NCBI GenBank assembly: GCA_011364905.1
Contig: RDNZ01000012.1
Coordinates: 1-62,631 of the forward strand
Source of the DNA: Candidatus Thorarchaeota archaeon
Lineage (GTDB): Archaea > Asgardarchaeota > Thorarchaeia > Thorarchaeales > Thorarchaeaceae
DNA length: 62,631 nucleotides
Direction of reading: 5' to 3'
Under the pieces are notes generated by a model. The model was not told the DNA's origin. It ran no database searches and was given only the letters and a program-made list of their open reading frames with translations. Positions 8,948 to 18,374 of the stretch are shown here, one piece after another. The translations under genes were made by a program, and so were the position numbers. The first letter of the stretch is position 1; the number at the start of each line of letters is the position of its first letter.

Positions 8948-9151
8948 TTCGGGACTAGTCGATTGCATCGGAATAACATCTGTTGTTCTCAGTTCTATAT
9001 ATACTCGTCAAATCCTCAGGACTATGCATCAAACTATTGATTCCGAATTGCCTCATAAAGCGCCAAATCCAAGCTATGCAAATGCAGTGCTTACTCTCAG
9101 CCATCGTTCAAATACAGTATTAGAAAGATGAAACGAGCTGAGTGACAAACT

Positions 9152-9574
9152 TTGGAGATTTTCTCAACCCTCGATGATGCAAAAGATGCTGGTAGATTCC
9201 TTGCCAGATGTGGCCACTTCCCCACAATTTACAAACGCCTCGATAATGAATATATTCTTGTTAGCAAGGGGGAGTGGCCCCCAAGAGAGTCTTGGCCATT
9301 TCTGAAGTGGGATGGAGAGGACTGGATTCCCGTGTTAGCTAGACTTGATAGCTTTGAGATGGCCCAGGAGGCTACAGGTTTATTCGTTCTCCTCGGTCAC
9401 AACCCAATAGTTGTGGAGTTTCCGGGAATAACCTTTGATATCTTTTTGAAAGAGTCGGATGTGCCTACAGGAGCATGGATCATCACGAAATCAGATCCTT
9501 ATCATTCAGTGAAGCCAACCAAGCCACCTAGGAAGCATGATGACGAGGAACCTACTGAGATTTCAGTCTATTAG
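9152..9574 (+). CDS. Hypothetical protein with two internal repeats
   Basis: Two similar units STLDDAKDAGRFLARCGHFPTI... and DSFEMAQEATGLFVLLGHNPIV... Confidence 0.6.
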   Translation: MEIFSTLDDAKDAGRFLARCGHFPTIYKRLDNEYILVSKGEWPPRESWPFLKWDGEDWIPVLARLDSFEMAQEATGLFVLLGHNPIVVEFPGITFDIFLKESDVPTGAWIITKSDPYHSVKPTKPPRKHDDEEPTEISVY

Positions 9575-9586
9575 TGTTTCAGAAAC

Positions 9587-10123
9587 TTAGGGAATTCGCT
9601 CTCCTAGGGTCCAGTATTGCCCAGACATTGACAGGTAGGTGAACAAGGATGTTTTCGAGGCATCAAAACGCCCCTTGTCATCGAGCGCTGATTCATCAAT
9701 ATGCACTGCAACGACCTCTGCAACAAAGAGGTCATGTGAGCCCAACGGGATAACCTGCGTGGTTCTGCATTCAATGTTTATTGGACACTCATCAATCATG
9801 GGAGCACTGACCCTTTCAGCTGGTACTGGTGTGAACCCGCACTCAGCAAACTTGTCATGTTCACGGCCTGACTTCGTTCCGGCAAATTTGGTCCCTTCGA
9901 TTTGCTCAGAAGAAGGAATGTTCAACACGAACTCTCCTGCCCCCTTGACAAGATTGTAGCTGTGGCGCTTAGGTCTGATACCAACGACGACTGTGGGAGG
10001 CTCACTGCAAACGTTGGCGACCCAAGAGAGTGTGATGATGTTGGGTCTGTCTTTCCCAGCCACACTCAGGAGCACAACTGGGCATGGTACGATGGCTGTT
10101 CTAGGATTTATCTGTCGTTTCAT
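9587..10123 (-). CDS. Flavin reductase family (flavoredoxin-like) protein
   Basis: PCPVVL, SEPP, GEFVLNIP, GTKSGR..DKF, ECPINIEC, GSHDLF. Confidence 0.92.
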   Translation of the reverse strand: MKRQINPRTAIVPCPVVLLSVAGKDRPNIITLSWVANVCSEPPTVVVGIRPKRHSYNLVKGAGEFVLNIPSSEQIEGTKFAGTKSGREHDKFAECGFTPVPAERVSAPMIDECPINIECRTTQVIPLGSHDLFVAEVVAVHIDESALDDKGRFDASKTSLFTYLSMSGQYWTLGERIP

Positions 10124-10222
10124 ACTAGCATAGGTACTCAACCAAGTTAAGAAAATGCCGGGCCGTTGGATTTAAGTCCAAGTTGGAATCGCAGAACACA
10201 GAAAGCATGGATGGATTCTCCT

Positions 10223-11134
10223 ATGGGACGCGTACTTTTAGCAGATGCAATTGATGAGTCCGCTGTAGCTAGAATCAAGGCAGCAGGACATGAGATTATA
10301 GTGAGAAACAAAGAGGCTGATGGACCGATTGAGGAACAGATCAAGGGATTTGACTGTGTCATCGTTAGGAGCGCTACGAAGATAACAAGAGAGGTCATAG
10401 AGTCTGCAGACAATCTGAGGCTGATTGTAAGGGCCGGTGTTGGTCTCGATAATGTGGATAGGGAGGCGGCCAAGGAAAAGGGAATTGAGGTCAAGAACAC
10501 CCCTGAAGCACCAACCGTTTCTGTGGCCGAATTGGTCATTGCCATGATGCTTGCGCTGGCCAGAAACATCGCCCAGGCTGACAGCTCTATGAAAGATGGG
10601 CGTTGGGAGAAAAAGAAACTAACAGGCACTGAACTCCAAAACAAGAAACTGGGAATTATTGGTTTCGGTAGAATTGGACGCAAAGTGGCCGCAATGGCGA
10701 AGTCGTTTGATATGGACGTCCTATGTTATGATGTGTTGGATATCGATCAAGTTTCTGCAGACCTGGGTGCAAGGCGATGTAGTATTGAAGAACTGATAGC
10801 AAGTGCTGACTATATTACTGTTCACGTACCACTCGTTCCTCAGACAAAAGGTATGATAGGGGAGAAAGAGCTCAAAATAATGAAAAAGACAGCCTATCTA
10901 ATCAATGCCGCACGCGGTGGAATTATAGATGAGAAGGCACTTCTAAGGGCGCTCAACAATGGTGACATTGCGGGTGCTGCTCTGGATGTGTATGAAAACG
11001 AACCGCCCCTCGATTGGGAACTTGTCAAACATCCTCATGTCGTGGCAACTCCACATATTGCTTCCTCTACGGAAGAGGCTCAAGCACGAGTAGGTGAATT
11101 GACAGCGGATAAGGTGATAGCAGGTCTGAAATAG
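10223..11134 (+). CDS. serA: D-2-hydroxyacid dehydrogenase (D-3-phosphoglycerate dehydrogenase-like, no ACT domain)
   Basis: VRSAT, RAGVGLDNVD, GIIGFGRIG, INAARGG, LDVYENEP, TPHIASST.EAQ. Confidence 0.85.
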   Translation: MGRVLLADAIDESAVARIKAAGHEIIVRNKEADGPIEEQIKGFDCVIVRSATKITREVIESADNLRLIVRAGVGLDNVDREAAKEKGIEVKNTPEAPTVSVAELVIAMMLALARNIAQADSSMKDGRWEKKKLTGTELQNKKLGIIGFGRIGRKVAAMAKSFDMDVLCYDVLDIDQVSADLGARRCSIEELIASADYITVHVPLVPQTKGMIGEKELKIMKKTAYLINAARGGIIDEKALLRALNNGDIAGAALDVYENEPPLDWELVKHPHVVATPHIASSTEEAQARVGELTADKVIAGLK

Positions 11135-11187
11135 TCGCCAAGAACCAGAGCGGTATATCTTTAAGCGAATTGCATGGGTGTCGACCT

Positions 11188-11310
11188 GGTTCTGGACTAT
11201 GTTCCAGAAAGATACCATTTCCTTTGTGTTGGCGGATACGTCCGCGCGGGATGTGGCCCATAGAGGCTGAACCACAAACAAAGCGAATATAGTTACAACA
11301 AAGGATGGAA
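11188..11310 (+). promoter_or_regulatory. Candidate structured 5' leader of rpl15e
   Basis: Hairpins TCTGGA/TCCAGA and GCGGA-TACG-TCCGC; long-range helix CCAT..CCTTTGT / ACAAAGGATGG covering the RBS. Confidence 0.5.
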
Positions 11311-11317
11311 ATTCACA

Positions 11318-11902
11318 ATGCCAACGGCATACCAGCACATGAATGAAACTTGGTTAAAGGAGCAGAAGAGGCGTACTGATCTAGTTAAAGGACGGCTTAT
11401 TGTCTGGAGAAAACAGGGCACTATTGTTAAACTGGACCGTCCCTCACGTCTTGGAAGAGCGCGATCTTTGGGATATAAGGCAAAACAAGGTTACATTGTT
11501 GTTCGGATAAAGACAGGTCGTGGTCCACGTGAGAAACCAAGACCAAGAATGGGACGTAAGCCTAGAAGTCTGGGTGTTGTGAAGTATACGCCTCAGAAAT
11601 CTCGACGTTGGATTGCTGAGGAGCGTGTTGGAAGAAAGTACCCTAATCTTAGAGTACTAAATTCGTATTGGGTTGGGTCGGACCACAAATGGGTCTGGCA
11701 TGAGGTCATTCTTGTAGATCCCAATCATCCAGTCATTTACAACGACCCAAATATCAACTGGATATGTGACCCTGCTCAGAAGGGGAGAGAGAATAGAGGA
11801 TTAACATCGGCAGGAAAAAGAAGTAGAGGTCTACGGAAAAAGGGAAGAGGCGCTGAAAAGATGCGACCATCTCTAGGTGCCAAAGGTAATCGTGGGAAGT
11901 AG
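11318..11902 (+). CDS. rpl15e: 50S ribosomal protein L15e
   Basis: RARSLGYKAKQG, AEERVGRKYPNLRVLNSYWVG, EVILVDPNHP, RGLTSAGK. Confidence 0.98.
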   Translation: MPTAYQHMNETWLKEQKRRTDLVKGRLIVWRKQGTIVKLDRPSRLGRARSLGYKAKQGYIVVRIKTGRGPREKPRPRMGRKPRSLGVVKYTPQKSRRWIAEERVGRKYPNLRVLNSYWVGSDHKWVWHEVILVDPNHPVIYNDPNINWICDPAQKGRENRGLTSAGKRSRGLRKKGRGAEKMRPSLGAKGNRGK

Positions 11903-11925
11903 ACAAAACTCCCGGTACTGGGGGT

Positions 11926-12396
11926 TTGATTGTGTCTTCTGTGGTCAAAATCGAAGCTCGGGCATACTGTCGGGCTACAGAGATTTCAGAAAGGGTTATG
12001 TCGGCAATAAAGAGTCTGTATCCTGAAGAGTTTCGCGAACTTGTGGAGTTCGAGTCAACGGAGGTTGAGGGGCATTCGGGTGACAAGATCCAGGTTCTTA
12101 GGTCTGAACTAAGGGACAAAGTGCGTTGCGATGTTACTTTGGACTACATCTTTGGGAAATTGAAAGAAACCGACAGACGATATCTGCGCGACTCGCTGCT
12201 TCAGAGGCTGGATGAGAATTGTGTGCTTTTTGTCAGGATTGATAAGCAAGCAGCTTTTCTGAATGAAGTAGTCCTAGCAAGGGGACATGATGTTATCAGT
12301 GTTCAAGTGCATATCCGACAGTATCCGAGATGCAAGCAGGACGATGTAATAGCCATGTTGGAGAACCGTCTACGTGTAACTGGTGGTGATGACTAG
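11926..12396 (+). CDS. RNA-binding protein DUF54/COG1325 (exosome superoperon)
   Basis: ATE...V..A, EGHSG, LFVRIDKQAAF; canonical position after rpl15e. Confidence 0.85.
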   Translation: MIVSSVVKIEARAYCRATEISERVMSAIKSLYPEEFRELVEFESTEVEGHSGDKIQVLRSELRDKVRCDVTLDYIFGKLKETDRRYLRDSLLQRLDENCVLFVRIDKQAAFLNEVVLARGHDVISVQVHIRQYPRCKQDDVIAMLENRLRVTGGDD

Positions 12397-13088
12397 TGGT
12401 CATTGATCTAGGAGTCTATGTTCCTGATTCAAGTAGTCTAGAGGTATTCATCGAAATGGCGCAAGAACTAGGTTTCACTGGTCTTGCAACCCCTCACACC
12501 GAAAGTGAACCAGAACATCTCTTCGCCAACAGTAGGTTTTCTGTTTTGAAAAGAGCAGACTTGACTGGGAATAATATCAAGTCAGTAAGGAAGAGGGTCG
12601 ACGATGTTAGAAAGCACTCCATGATTGTGTCAGTTGGCCTTGCGTCAGTCGAAACAGCAAATTGGGCCGCTGATGATAAACGGGTGGATCTACTCACTCT
12701 CAATCACTTGCGAGATTATAGACTCCGCGATACAACAGCTCGTCTTGGGGCTGCATCTAACACAGCTCTCGAAATTAAATTCGAACCACTTCTGAATCTA
12801 GCAGGTCTTAACCGCTCGAAAGTAATCAAGATGTACAGGGAATCAATAAGCACTGCAATCAGTTCAGGAATGCAGGTCATTCTTTCTAGTGGCGCCAAAC
12901 ATCCGTTACATATGCGGTCTCCGAGAGCAATGCAATATCTATGTGAGTTACTAGGTATGGAGCCAAAATACGCGGAACATGCAGTCAATCAGGCACCCAT
13001 GGACATTGTTGAGAAGAATCGCAGAAGGTTCCGTTCTGATTACATAAGGGATGGATTGGAAATCATTCAGAGGGGGACTGAGGAGTGA
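12396..13088 (+). CDS. rnp3: RNase P protein subunit Rpp30
   Basis: PHP fold, NWAADDKRVDLL, ILSSGA....MRSP; synteny. Confidence 0.9.
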   Translation: MVIDLGVYVPDSSSLEVFIEMAQELGFTGLATPHTESEPEHLFANSRFSVLKRADLTGNNIKSVRKRVDDVRKHSMIVSVGLASVETANWAADDKRVDLLTLNHLRDYRLRDTTARLGAASNTALEIKFEPLLNLAGLNRSKVIKMYRESISTAISSGMQVILSSGAKHPLHMRSPRAMQYLCELLGMEPKYAEHAVNQAPMDIVEKNRRRFRSDYIRDGLEIIQRGTEE

Positions 13089-13393
13089 AGAGGACGCGTA
13101 GACGTTATCTATCGTTCTATCTTCATTCGGATGGTTCATCCATAGACACAAAACAGCTCGGTACGGCAATTTGGAAGAATTTGTTGTCCATCTATGGTGA
13201 AGTGTGTGCAGCTGACTCCAAGCTGTACCTTGTGCAGTATGATGAAAAGACCGGTGATGGGATTCTTCAGTGTACGCTCTCCTCTCTCGATATGGTGATC
13301 ACTTCGGCTATCCTGATTGGTTCTATTGGAAAGAATCTAGTTTCATTTGAACCCAAGAGAATATCTGGCACCATTAAAGGCATCAAAAAATAG
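13085..13393 (+). CDS. rnp2: RNase P protein subunit Pop5/Rpp14
   Basis: RRRYL, YGE, GILQC, ISGTIK. Confidence 0.9.
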   Translation: MKRTRRRYLSFYLHSDGSSIDTKQLGTAIWKNLLSIYGEVCAADSKLYLVQYDEKTGDGILQCTLSSLDMVITSAILIGSIGKNLVSFEPKRISGTIKGIKK

Positions 13394-13399
13394 TGTGCT

Positions 13400-13816
13400 T
13401 CACGACAGAAGCAAATCTAGTTCTTGAATCTGATTATCCTCTATAATAAAGGCCTTACTTACCCAAGTCCCACTCTCTTTTGACGCAATAAGCCAAGCAA
13501 CAGGATTAAGCTTCATGTTTTCTTGATCCCTCTTTGAGGGATATGGGGGCGCAGGATGTGAATGGAATATGCAAACAAGCTCCTCGCCAAGTGTTTCAGC
13601 CTCAATCAGGTGTTGGTATTGTTCTTCAGGGTCCATCATAAATGAAGTTGTACTGGAGAGAGATTCATTGCCAACAAGTCTAATGTGATTGGCTAGAATT
13701 GATTGATGTTTTACCTGTCCAAAAATGAGCGCTGCTGCCTCCATCGGTAGACTAGACTCAGCATGGTCATGAAGAATGACTAAATCCCTGTATGAGAGAT
13801 GCAGTTTGTACTGCAT
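13400..13816 (-). CDS. JAMM/MPN+ (M67) metallo-isopeptidase
   Basis: PMEAAALIFG and FHSHPAPPYPSKRD (E...HxHx7Sx2D). Confidence 0.9.
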   Translation of the reverse strand: MQYKLHLSYRDLVILHDHAESSLPMEAAALIFGQVKHQSILANHIRLVGNESLSSTTSFMMDPEEQYQHLIEAETLGEELVCIFHSHPAPPYPSKRDQENMKLNPVAWLIASKESGTWVSKAFIIEDNQIQELDLLLS

Positions 13817-13834
13817 CAGAAGGCCTCCAAACGT

Positions 13835-14272
13835 CTAGAAAGCAGATTTGATTTCTTCGAGTACGATGCAGGTTTCAGCATCACCAACACCTGGGATTCT
13901 TCCAAGGCGCGTTTCCAGGAATGATTTGAGCTCTGTGAGGTCATCCACAGTCACCATAATCATCAGACCGCAGGCCCCATCCAAGAAATAGGCCTCATTG
14001 ACCTCTTGAAATTCTCGGAGCTTTTTGGAAATCAACGCAGCCCCTTTCATTGCAGTCTTTACCCGAATGACTGCGCGTATTTTTCGTCCGATTTTCAGAG
14101 GGTCTAATACCACTGTGAATCTCTTGATGTATCCCTCATCGATGAGCCTTTTCACTCGTCGTCTGATGGTAACCTCAGTCCTTCCCACTGTTTCTGCAAT
14201 TTCACTGAAAGACCGCCTGCCATCACTCTGAAGCATGGATACTATCTGAGAATCAATCTTGTCCAGCTGCAT
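13835..14272 (-). CDS. Lrp/AsnC family transcriptional regulator
   Basis: LDKIDSQI...LQSDGRRSFSEIA...RRVKRL..EGYI; C-terminal RAM domain. Confidence 0.93.
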   Translation of the reverse strand: MQLDKIDSQIVSMLQSDGRRSFSEIAETVGRTEVTIRRRVKRLIDEGYIKRFTVVLDPLKIGRKIRAVIRVKTAMKGAALISKKLREFQEVNEAYFLDGACGLMIMVTVDDLTELKSFLETRLGRIPGVGDAETCIVLEEIKSAF

Positions 14273-14403
14273 GGTATTAGCCTCTTATTTTTGGCGCAAT
14301 ACGAACGCGACGAATGTTCGAAATCGTACATATATATTATCTGTTGCGTGTGAACTCGTTAGACACTTGCTTGATGAAGTAATGCATTCTCTCAAGTAGG
14401 GAG

Positions 14404-15222
14404 TTACAGTACACGCAGCTCTTCTTTAATGATTACATCCTCACGAGGCGACATGATGGCATAGAGCTCGATATGATCAACCAATGCTTTTGCATTGCGA
14501 ATCTTTTCCTCGAGGAGTTCCTGAATCTGAAAAATCCCGGACGCATTATTCATCGTCACTTCAATTCGAACTGTTTTGGATTCACCTTTCCGGATTCTAA
14601 CGTTCTCAATGGCACGAGCACTGGTACTGTGGATGTTGACACTTCCAGCCTCAAAGGGAATTCTTGCTCGTCCTTTTGTCATATCCAATGCATCAGCAAT
14701 GCCTACCACGCCAGCTTCAACCGTCATTGGTTTTGATACTCGATCATGACAGTAGATTGCGTGAAGAATATGATTTCTGATGTGAACTTGCTTGTGTCTA
14801 TTATCTGGATAGACCTTGGTTAGAATTCGTTCGATTATCGGTCTAGCGAGGACAACTGAGAACTCGTCATGATTGGTGCGACCAATCACCATACCTATGT
14901 CGTGAAGATAACAACCTAAGGTGACGACGAGTTCTGCATCATGCTCATCCCCTGTTTCCTCTTCAACAATAGTGGGTTGAATCCCCTTTGTCAGTTGTCT
15001 TAAGAGACGAATTCCATTCATTGTTACAATTAATGAGTGTGTGTGGCCATGATCTGAGTATCCCATCCTATCTATGGCCATGCGATTACCGTCCTCAAGC
15101 ATAGTCTGGACTTCAATATCGTTTTCTAGTTCTTCAAATGCAATTTGACAGAGTTTGTTCGTTTTGAATATTCTACGTACTCTGTCCTTAAGCGTACTTC
15201 GTTGCTTTGGGCTCTTCTTCAT
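14404..15222 (-). CDS. HD-domain phosphohydrolase (COG3294-like)
   Basis: SDHGHTH, YLHDIG, IADALDMTKGRARIPF, IHS.S. Confidence 0.88.
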   Translation of the reverse strand: MKKSPKQRSTLKDRVRRIFKTNKLCQIAFEELENDIEVQTMLEDGNRMAIDRMGYSDHGHTHSLIVTMNGIRLLRQLTKGIQPTIVEEETGDEHDAELVVTLGCYLHDIGMVIGRTNHDEFSVVLARPIIERILTKVYPDNRHKQVHIRNHILHAIYCHDRVSKPMTVEAGVVGIADALDMTKGRARIPFEAGSVNIHSTSARAIENVRIRKGESKTVRIEVTMNNASGIFQIQELLEEKIRNAKALVDHIELYAIMSPREDVIIKEELRVL

Positions 15223-15482
15223 TATTCTTTGCCCCTATTTCATTCTCTATTCAATATTCACTGACGCTGTTTCAGTAATAAATGAGATACTGCTAGTAAC
15301 TCTAGTAGGCGTGTTCTAAGCACCCCTCGACCTACTCTGCAACTGATGAGCATTTCAGATTATCTTCTATTATTGAAACACTTGTTCGAAATTCCAATAT
15401 GAACTAATGGAAAACGGCAGGTTCTATATTTTGGCACTACTCTCATTAGGTTGTGTAGCACATTTCCGGTGGGTGCATTGAA

Positions 15483-15923
15483 CTGAGGATTCGTCAGTTT
15501 GAAGAGAGAGATACCGATGCAGTCATCAAGCTAGCCAACGACCACGCATTCTTTGATGGTCCGACTCATGAGGGCGATTTGAAGGTAACTCATGAATTCC
15601 CGCAGGGGTTTCTTGTGGCTGAAGATGGTGATTCAATCATTGGATTCATCTATGGGTACTTCAGGGATGTTCCAACAGAGGTCTTGGCAAACTGGAACGT
15701 ATCCAAAGTCGCAACAATTGAACTTCTCGTAGTCAGTCCAGACTATAGAAACCAAGGAACAGGCACGGCTCTTCTTAAACGATTACTCGAGATATTCAAG
15801 GAGGCTGGAACAGATCTGGTGGGACTGCATTGCCCTGTACAGGCAAATGACGCCAAGCAGCTGTATGAGAGAGTTGGGTTTGAGGTAAGCGCGTACCATA
15901 TGAGAAAAAGGTTGGACAGGTAG
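15483..15923 (+). CDS. GNAT family acetyltransferase
   Basis: V.PDYRNQGTGTALL, LYERVGF; frame extends upstream to CTG-AGG-ATT-CGT (MRIRQF..) after GGTGGGTG. Confidence 0.88.
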   Translation: MRIRQFEERDTDAVIKLANDHAFFDGPTHEGDLKVTHEFPQGFLVAEDGDSIIGFIYGYFRDVPTEVLANWNVSKVATIELLVVSPDYRNQGTGTALLKRLLEIFKEAGTDLVGLHCPVQANDAKQLYERVGFEVSAYHMRKRLDR

Positions 15924-15948
15924 ATAGGTCATCTTGGAGTTTCTTCTT

Positions 15949-16092
15949 CTAAGGGATGAACCTCTTCGTGAGCACTGCCACTTTAAAATCAGTGATGTCT
16001 TTGTTTGTGTAATAGGATAGATTGATTGCGCCAACTGTGTATCCCGATTTACGGTGGAAACATATTGCAGGAACATTAGTCCAATCTTTCAA
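15949..16092 (-). pseudogene. Remnant C-terminus of a GNAT (streptothricin-acetyltransferase-like) gene
   Basis: Reads TNVPAICFHRKSGYTVGAINLSYYTNKDITDFKVAVLTKRFIP*, resembling the N.PA..FY.K.GF...G.D.S.Y C-terminus; no N-terminal half present. Confidence 0.5.
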
Positions 16093-16219
16093 GGCATCTG
16101 AATGATTCTGTTCGTCACACTATGATGTATCTTCAAAATCTCAGCTAAGTCAGAAGCAGTGTATGTATATTGCATTGAACTTAAACCAAATAGATACCAT
16201 ATTGAAAATCAGTGAAAAA

Positions 16220-16354
16220 ATGGTGACTGAAACTTACTGCCCTCTACGAAAAGAACCATGTTTGCAGGCAATATGTCAATGGTGGCTTGATGGAGCAAAA
16301 AGATGCGCAGTTGTACTTATTGCTAAAAGCCAAGATAATTCATTCAAAGTCTAA
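16220..16354 (+). CDS. Small Cys-rich (putative Zn-binding) protein
   Basis: MVTETYCPLRKEPCLQAICQWWLDGAKRCAVVLIAK..., CPx5Cx4CxWWx6C. Confidence 0.55.
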   Translation: MVTETYCPLRKEPCLQAICQWWLDGAKRCAVVLIAKSQDNSFKV

Positions 16355-16754
16355 TTGGATTCGGTCCAATCTTCCTGACCTCATCTGCGAACTTGGTGAC
16401 CTCAGTCGCAAACTTGTCGCCCTCAGCTGCTGACACGAACACCATCTTGACCCGGTCCTCATTCATACCAAGTTGTCCCACTAACTTTCTTGCAAACCTG
16501 ACTCTCCGCTCAGCCCCCAAGTTACCTGTCTTATACGCGCAGTCTCCAGGGTGGCACCCGACGACCAGCACTCCGTCCGCCCCTTCCTGCAATGCTTTGA
16601 GGATGAAATTGATGTCGAGTCTGGCAGTGCACGGCATGCGGATAATCCTCGCAGATGTGTCGTACTGAAGTTTCATGGTACCTGCGAGATCGGCAGCGGC
16701 GTACATACATTGCATACAGCCAAACACGATGATGTTCATATCTTTAGGCGGCAT
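16344..16754 (-). CDS. mvhD: MvhD/FlpD-type [2Fe-2S] hydrogenase delta subunit
   Basis: FGCMQCMYAAADLAG, RMPCTAR, GADGVLVVGCHPGDCAY..GN, VSAAEG. Confidence 0.95.
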   Translation of the reverse strand: MPPKDMNIIVFGCMQCMYAAADLAGTMKLQYDTSARIIRMPCTARLDINFILKALQEGADGVLVVGCHPGDCAYKTGNLGAERRVRFARKLVGQLGMNEDRVKMVFVSAAEGDKFATEVTKFADEVRKIGPNPIRL

Positions 16755-17254
16755 CTAAGAGGCACCACTTGAATCTGCAAACCTGTAAGGGCAATATATT
16801 CTTTGACATTGGGAACAAAAGGTCACTGGAAGTTTTTTTGAATCACTCCCAGTGCATGCAATGCCTTACCTGATCTTCAGATTGTGCACCCACCTAAGCT
16901 TTTAATACCGAATTATGCATAACTATAGTTAAGCCACTCAAGAGGCGCCAGATGACAAAGTCTGGGCATTCTGTGTTGAGCGAGATCACAGACACAACCA
17001 AAAGTGGTCCTGCGACAAACACAACACGGAAGCAGGTTGGCAAATGGTGGAGCCGAGTGTCAAGCTAAAGGTTCGATGAACAAGACACTGTAAAAGCAGC
17101 TCTATCAGGTGAGAAAAATCGGACCATTGTCATATCTGAGACTTGAGTGGCTTTCCTGCGTTTTGGAGATGTAATTTTCTCGCACCTATGAGAAGTAATG
17201 GTCGGAAGTCATTTAGTGTGGATATGTTGCAGATAGAGTTAGGGCGAGATTGAA

Positions 17255-17854
17255 TTGCATGTACCAGACAAGCTGCAACAACAGATTTCATTCCTGATAG
17301 AAGTTGATGCATTAAAGCAGGTTTTTCGGAAAGCTACACTGATCAAAGACCTCAGAGCGGAGAACGATGCAGAACATTCCTGGCATCTCGCAATGATGGT
17401 CATCTTGCTATCGAAATACTCCAATGATACCGAGATAGATGTGCTTCGAACTGTCAAGATGGCATTGATTCATGATATTGTTGAGATTGATGCTGGAGAC
17501 ACTTTTTGCTATAGTCCTCACGACAGGGACCAGAAGACAGCAAAGGAGAAAGAAGCAGCAAACCGGATATTTGGATCGCTTCCGGATGACCAAGCTAGGG
17601 AGTTTAGACTTCTTTGGGAGGAGTTTGAAGAGATGAAGACATCTGAGGCACGCTTCGCAGCAGCTGTCGACCGACTGCAACCGCTACTACTGAGCTTCAA
17701 CACACAAGGACATACTTGGTTGAAGTATAGTGTGACGAGGAGCCAAGTCATTGATCGAAATCAACACATAGAGAAAGGATCCGAAGTGCTTTGGGAGTAC
17801 GCAAAACAGCTTATTGACGAGTCTGTTCAGAGGGGATATCTGCTCGATGGCTGA
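17255..17854 (+). CDS. HD-domain protein (HDDC2/YfbR-like 5'-nucleotidase)
   Basis: ENDAEHSW, LIHDIVEIDAGD, WEEFE..T.EA.FA..VDRLQP. Confidence 0.9.
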   Translation: MHVPDKLQQQISFLIEVDALKQVFRKATLIKDLRAENDAEHSWHLAMMVILLSKYSNDTEIDVLRTVKMALIHDIVEIDAGDTFCYSPHDRDQKTAKEKEAANRIFGSLPDDQAREFRLLWEEFEEMKTSEARFAAAVDRLQPLLLSFNTQGHTWLKYSVTRSQVIDRNQHIEKGSEVLWEYAKQLIDESVQRGYLLDG

Positions 17855-17874
17855 TTTAGGATTCCCTTTTCACA

Positions 17875-18246
17875 TCAGATGAGTTCCTCAGCGTCAGGTT
17901 GCCATTCTGGGTAGACGATACATAAGAACTCAAGGTCAGTTTTACCATTGTTCTCAATCGATTGTACAGCTTTGGGAGGAATGTAAATCGTGTCACCTGC
18001 TCCTACAATCTGGGTCTCATCATCAATATGCATAATCCCTTCTCCCTTGAGAATATAATACACCTCTGAAGCGCTAATGAACCGATGAGGAAGCGATGTC
18101 TTTGTTGGTGGAAGAGCCGCGTGAGCTAGGCTGTATCCAAGATGAAGAGGGGAGGGGTCATGCTTGGGATTGAGTATTTCCCGTACTATTGTGTCATCAA
18201 GTGCAATGATTTTCTTCAATTCATCCAGTCGTTTCACAAGCATCAT
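17875..18246 (-). CDS. Cupin-domain protein
   Basis: PHR....EVYYILKGEG, GDTIYIPP, LEFLCIV.P. Confidence 0.9.
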   Translation of the reverse strand: MMLVKRLDELKKIIALDDTIVREILNPKHDPSPLHLGYSLAHAALPPTKTSLPHRFISASEVYYILKGEGIMHIDDETQIVGAGDTIYIPPKAVQSIENNGKTDLEFLCIVYPEWQPDAEELI

Positions 18247-18374
18247 CTGACCTCCAATTGCAAGCGCCGATGCGATACAACTGCAACGAGTATATACCTA
18301 GGCAAGTATATTCTTGAGCGCTTTGGTTTTTCATTTGCTATATCCCATTTATAGGTGCAAGAGAGTAGTGAGTA

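Noticed and set aside
14298-14330. ACGA/TCGT repeats upstream of the Lrp gene
   Set aside because: Plausible Lrp autoregulatory sites, but too degenerate to call
16930-17230. Short ORFs in the mvhD-HD intergenic region
   Set aside because: No family resemblance, and no consistent start or RBS
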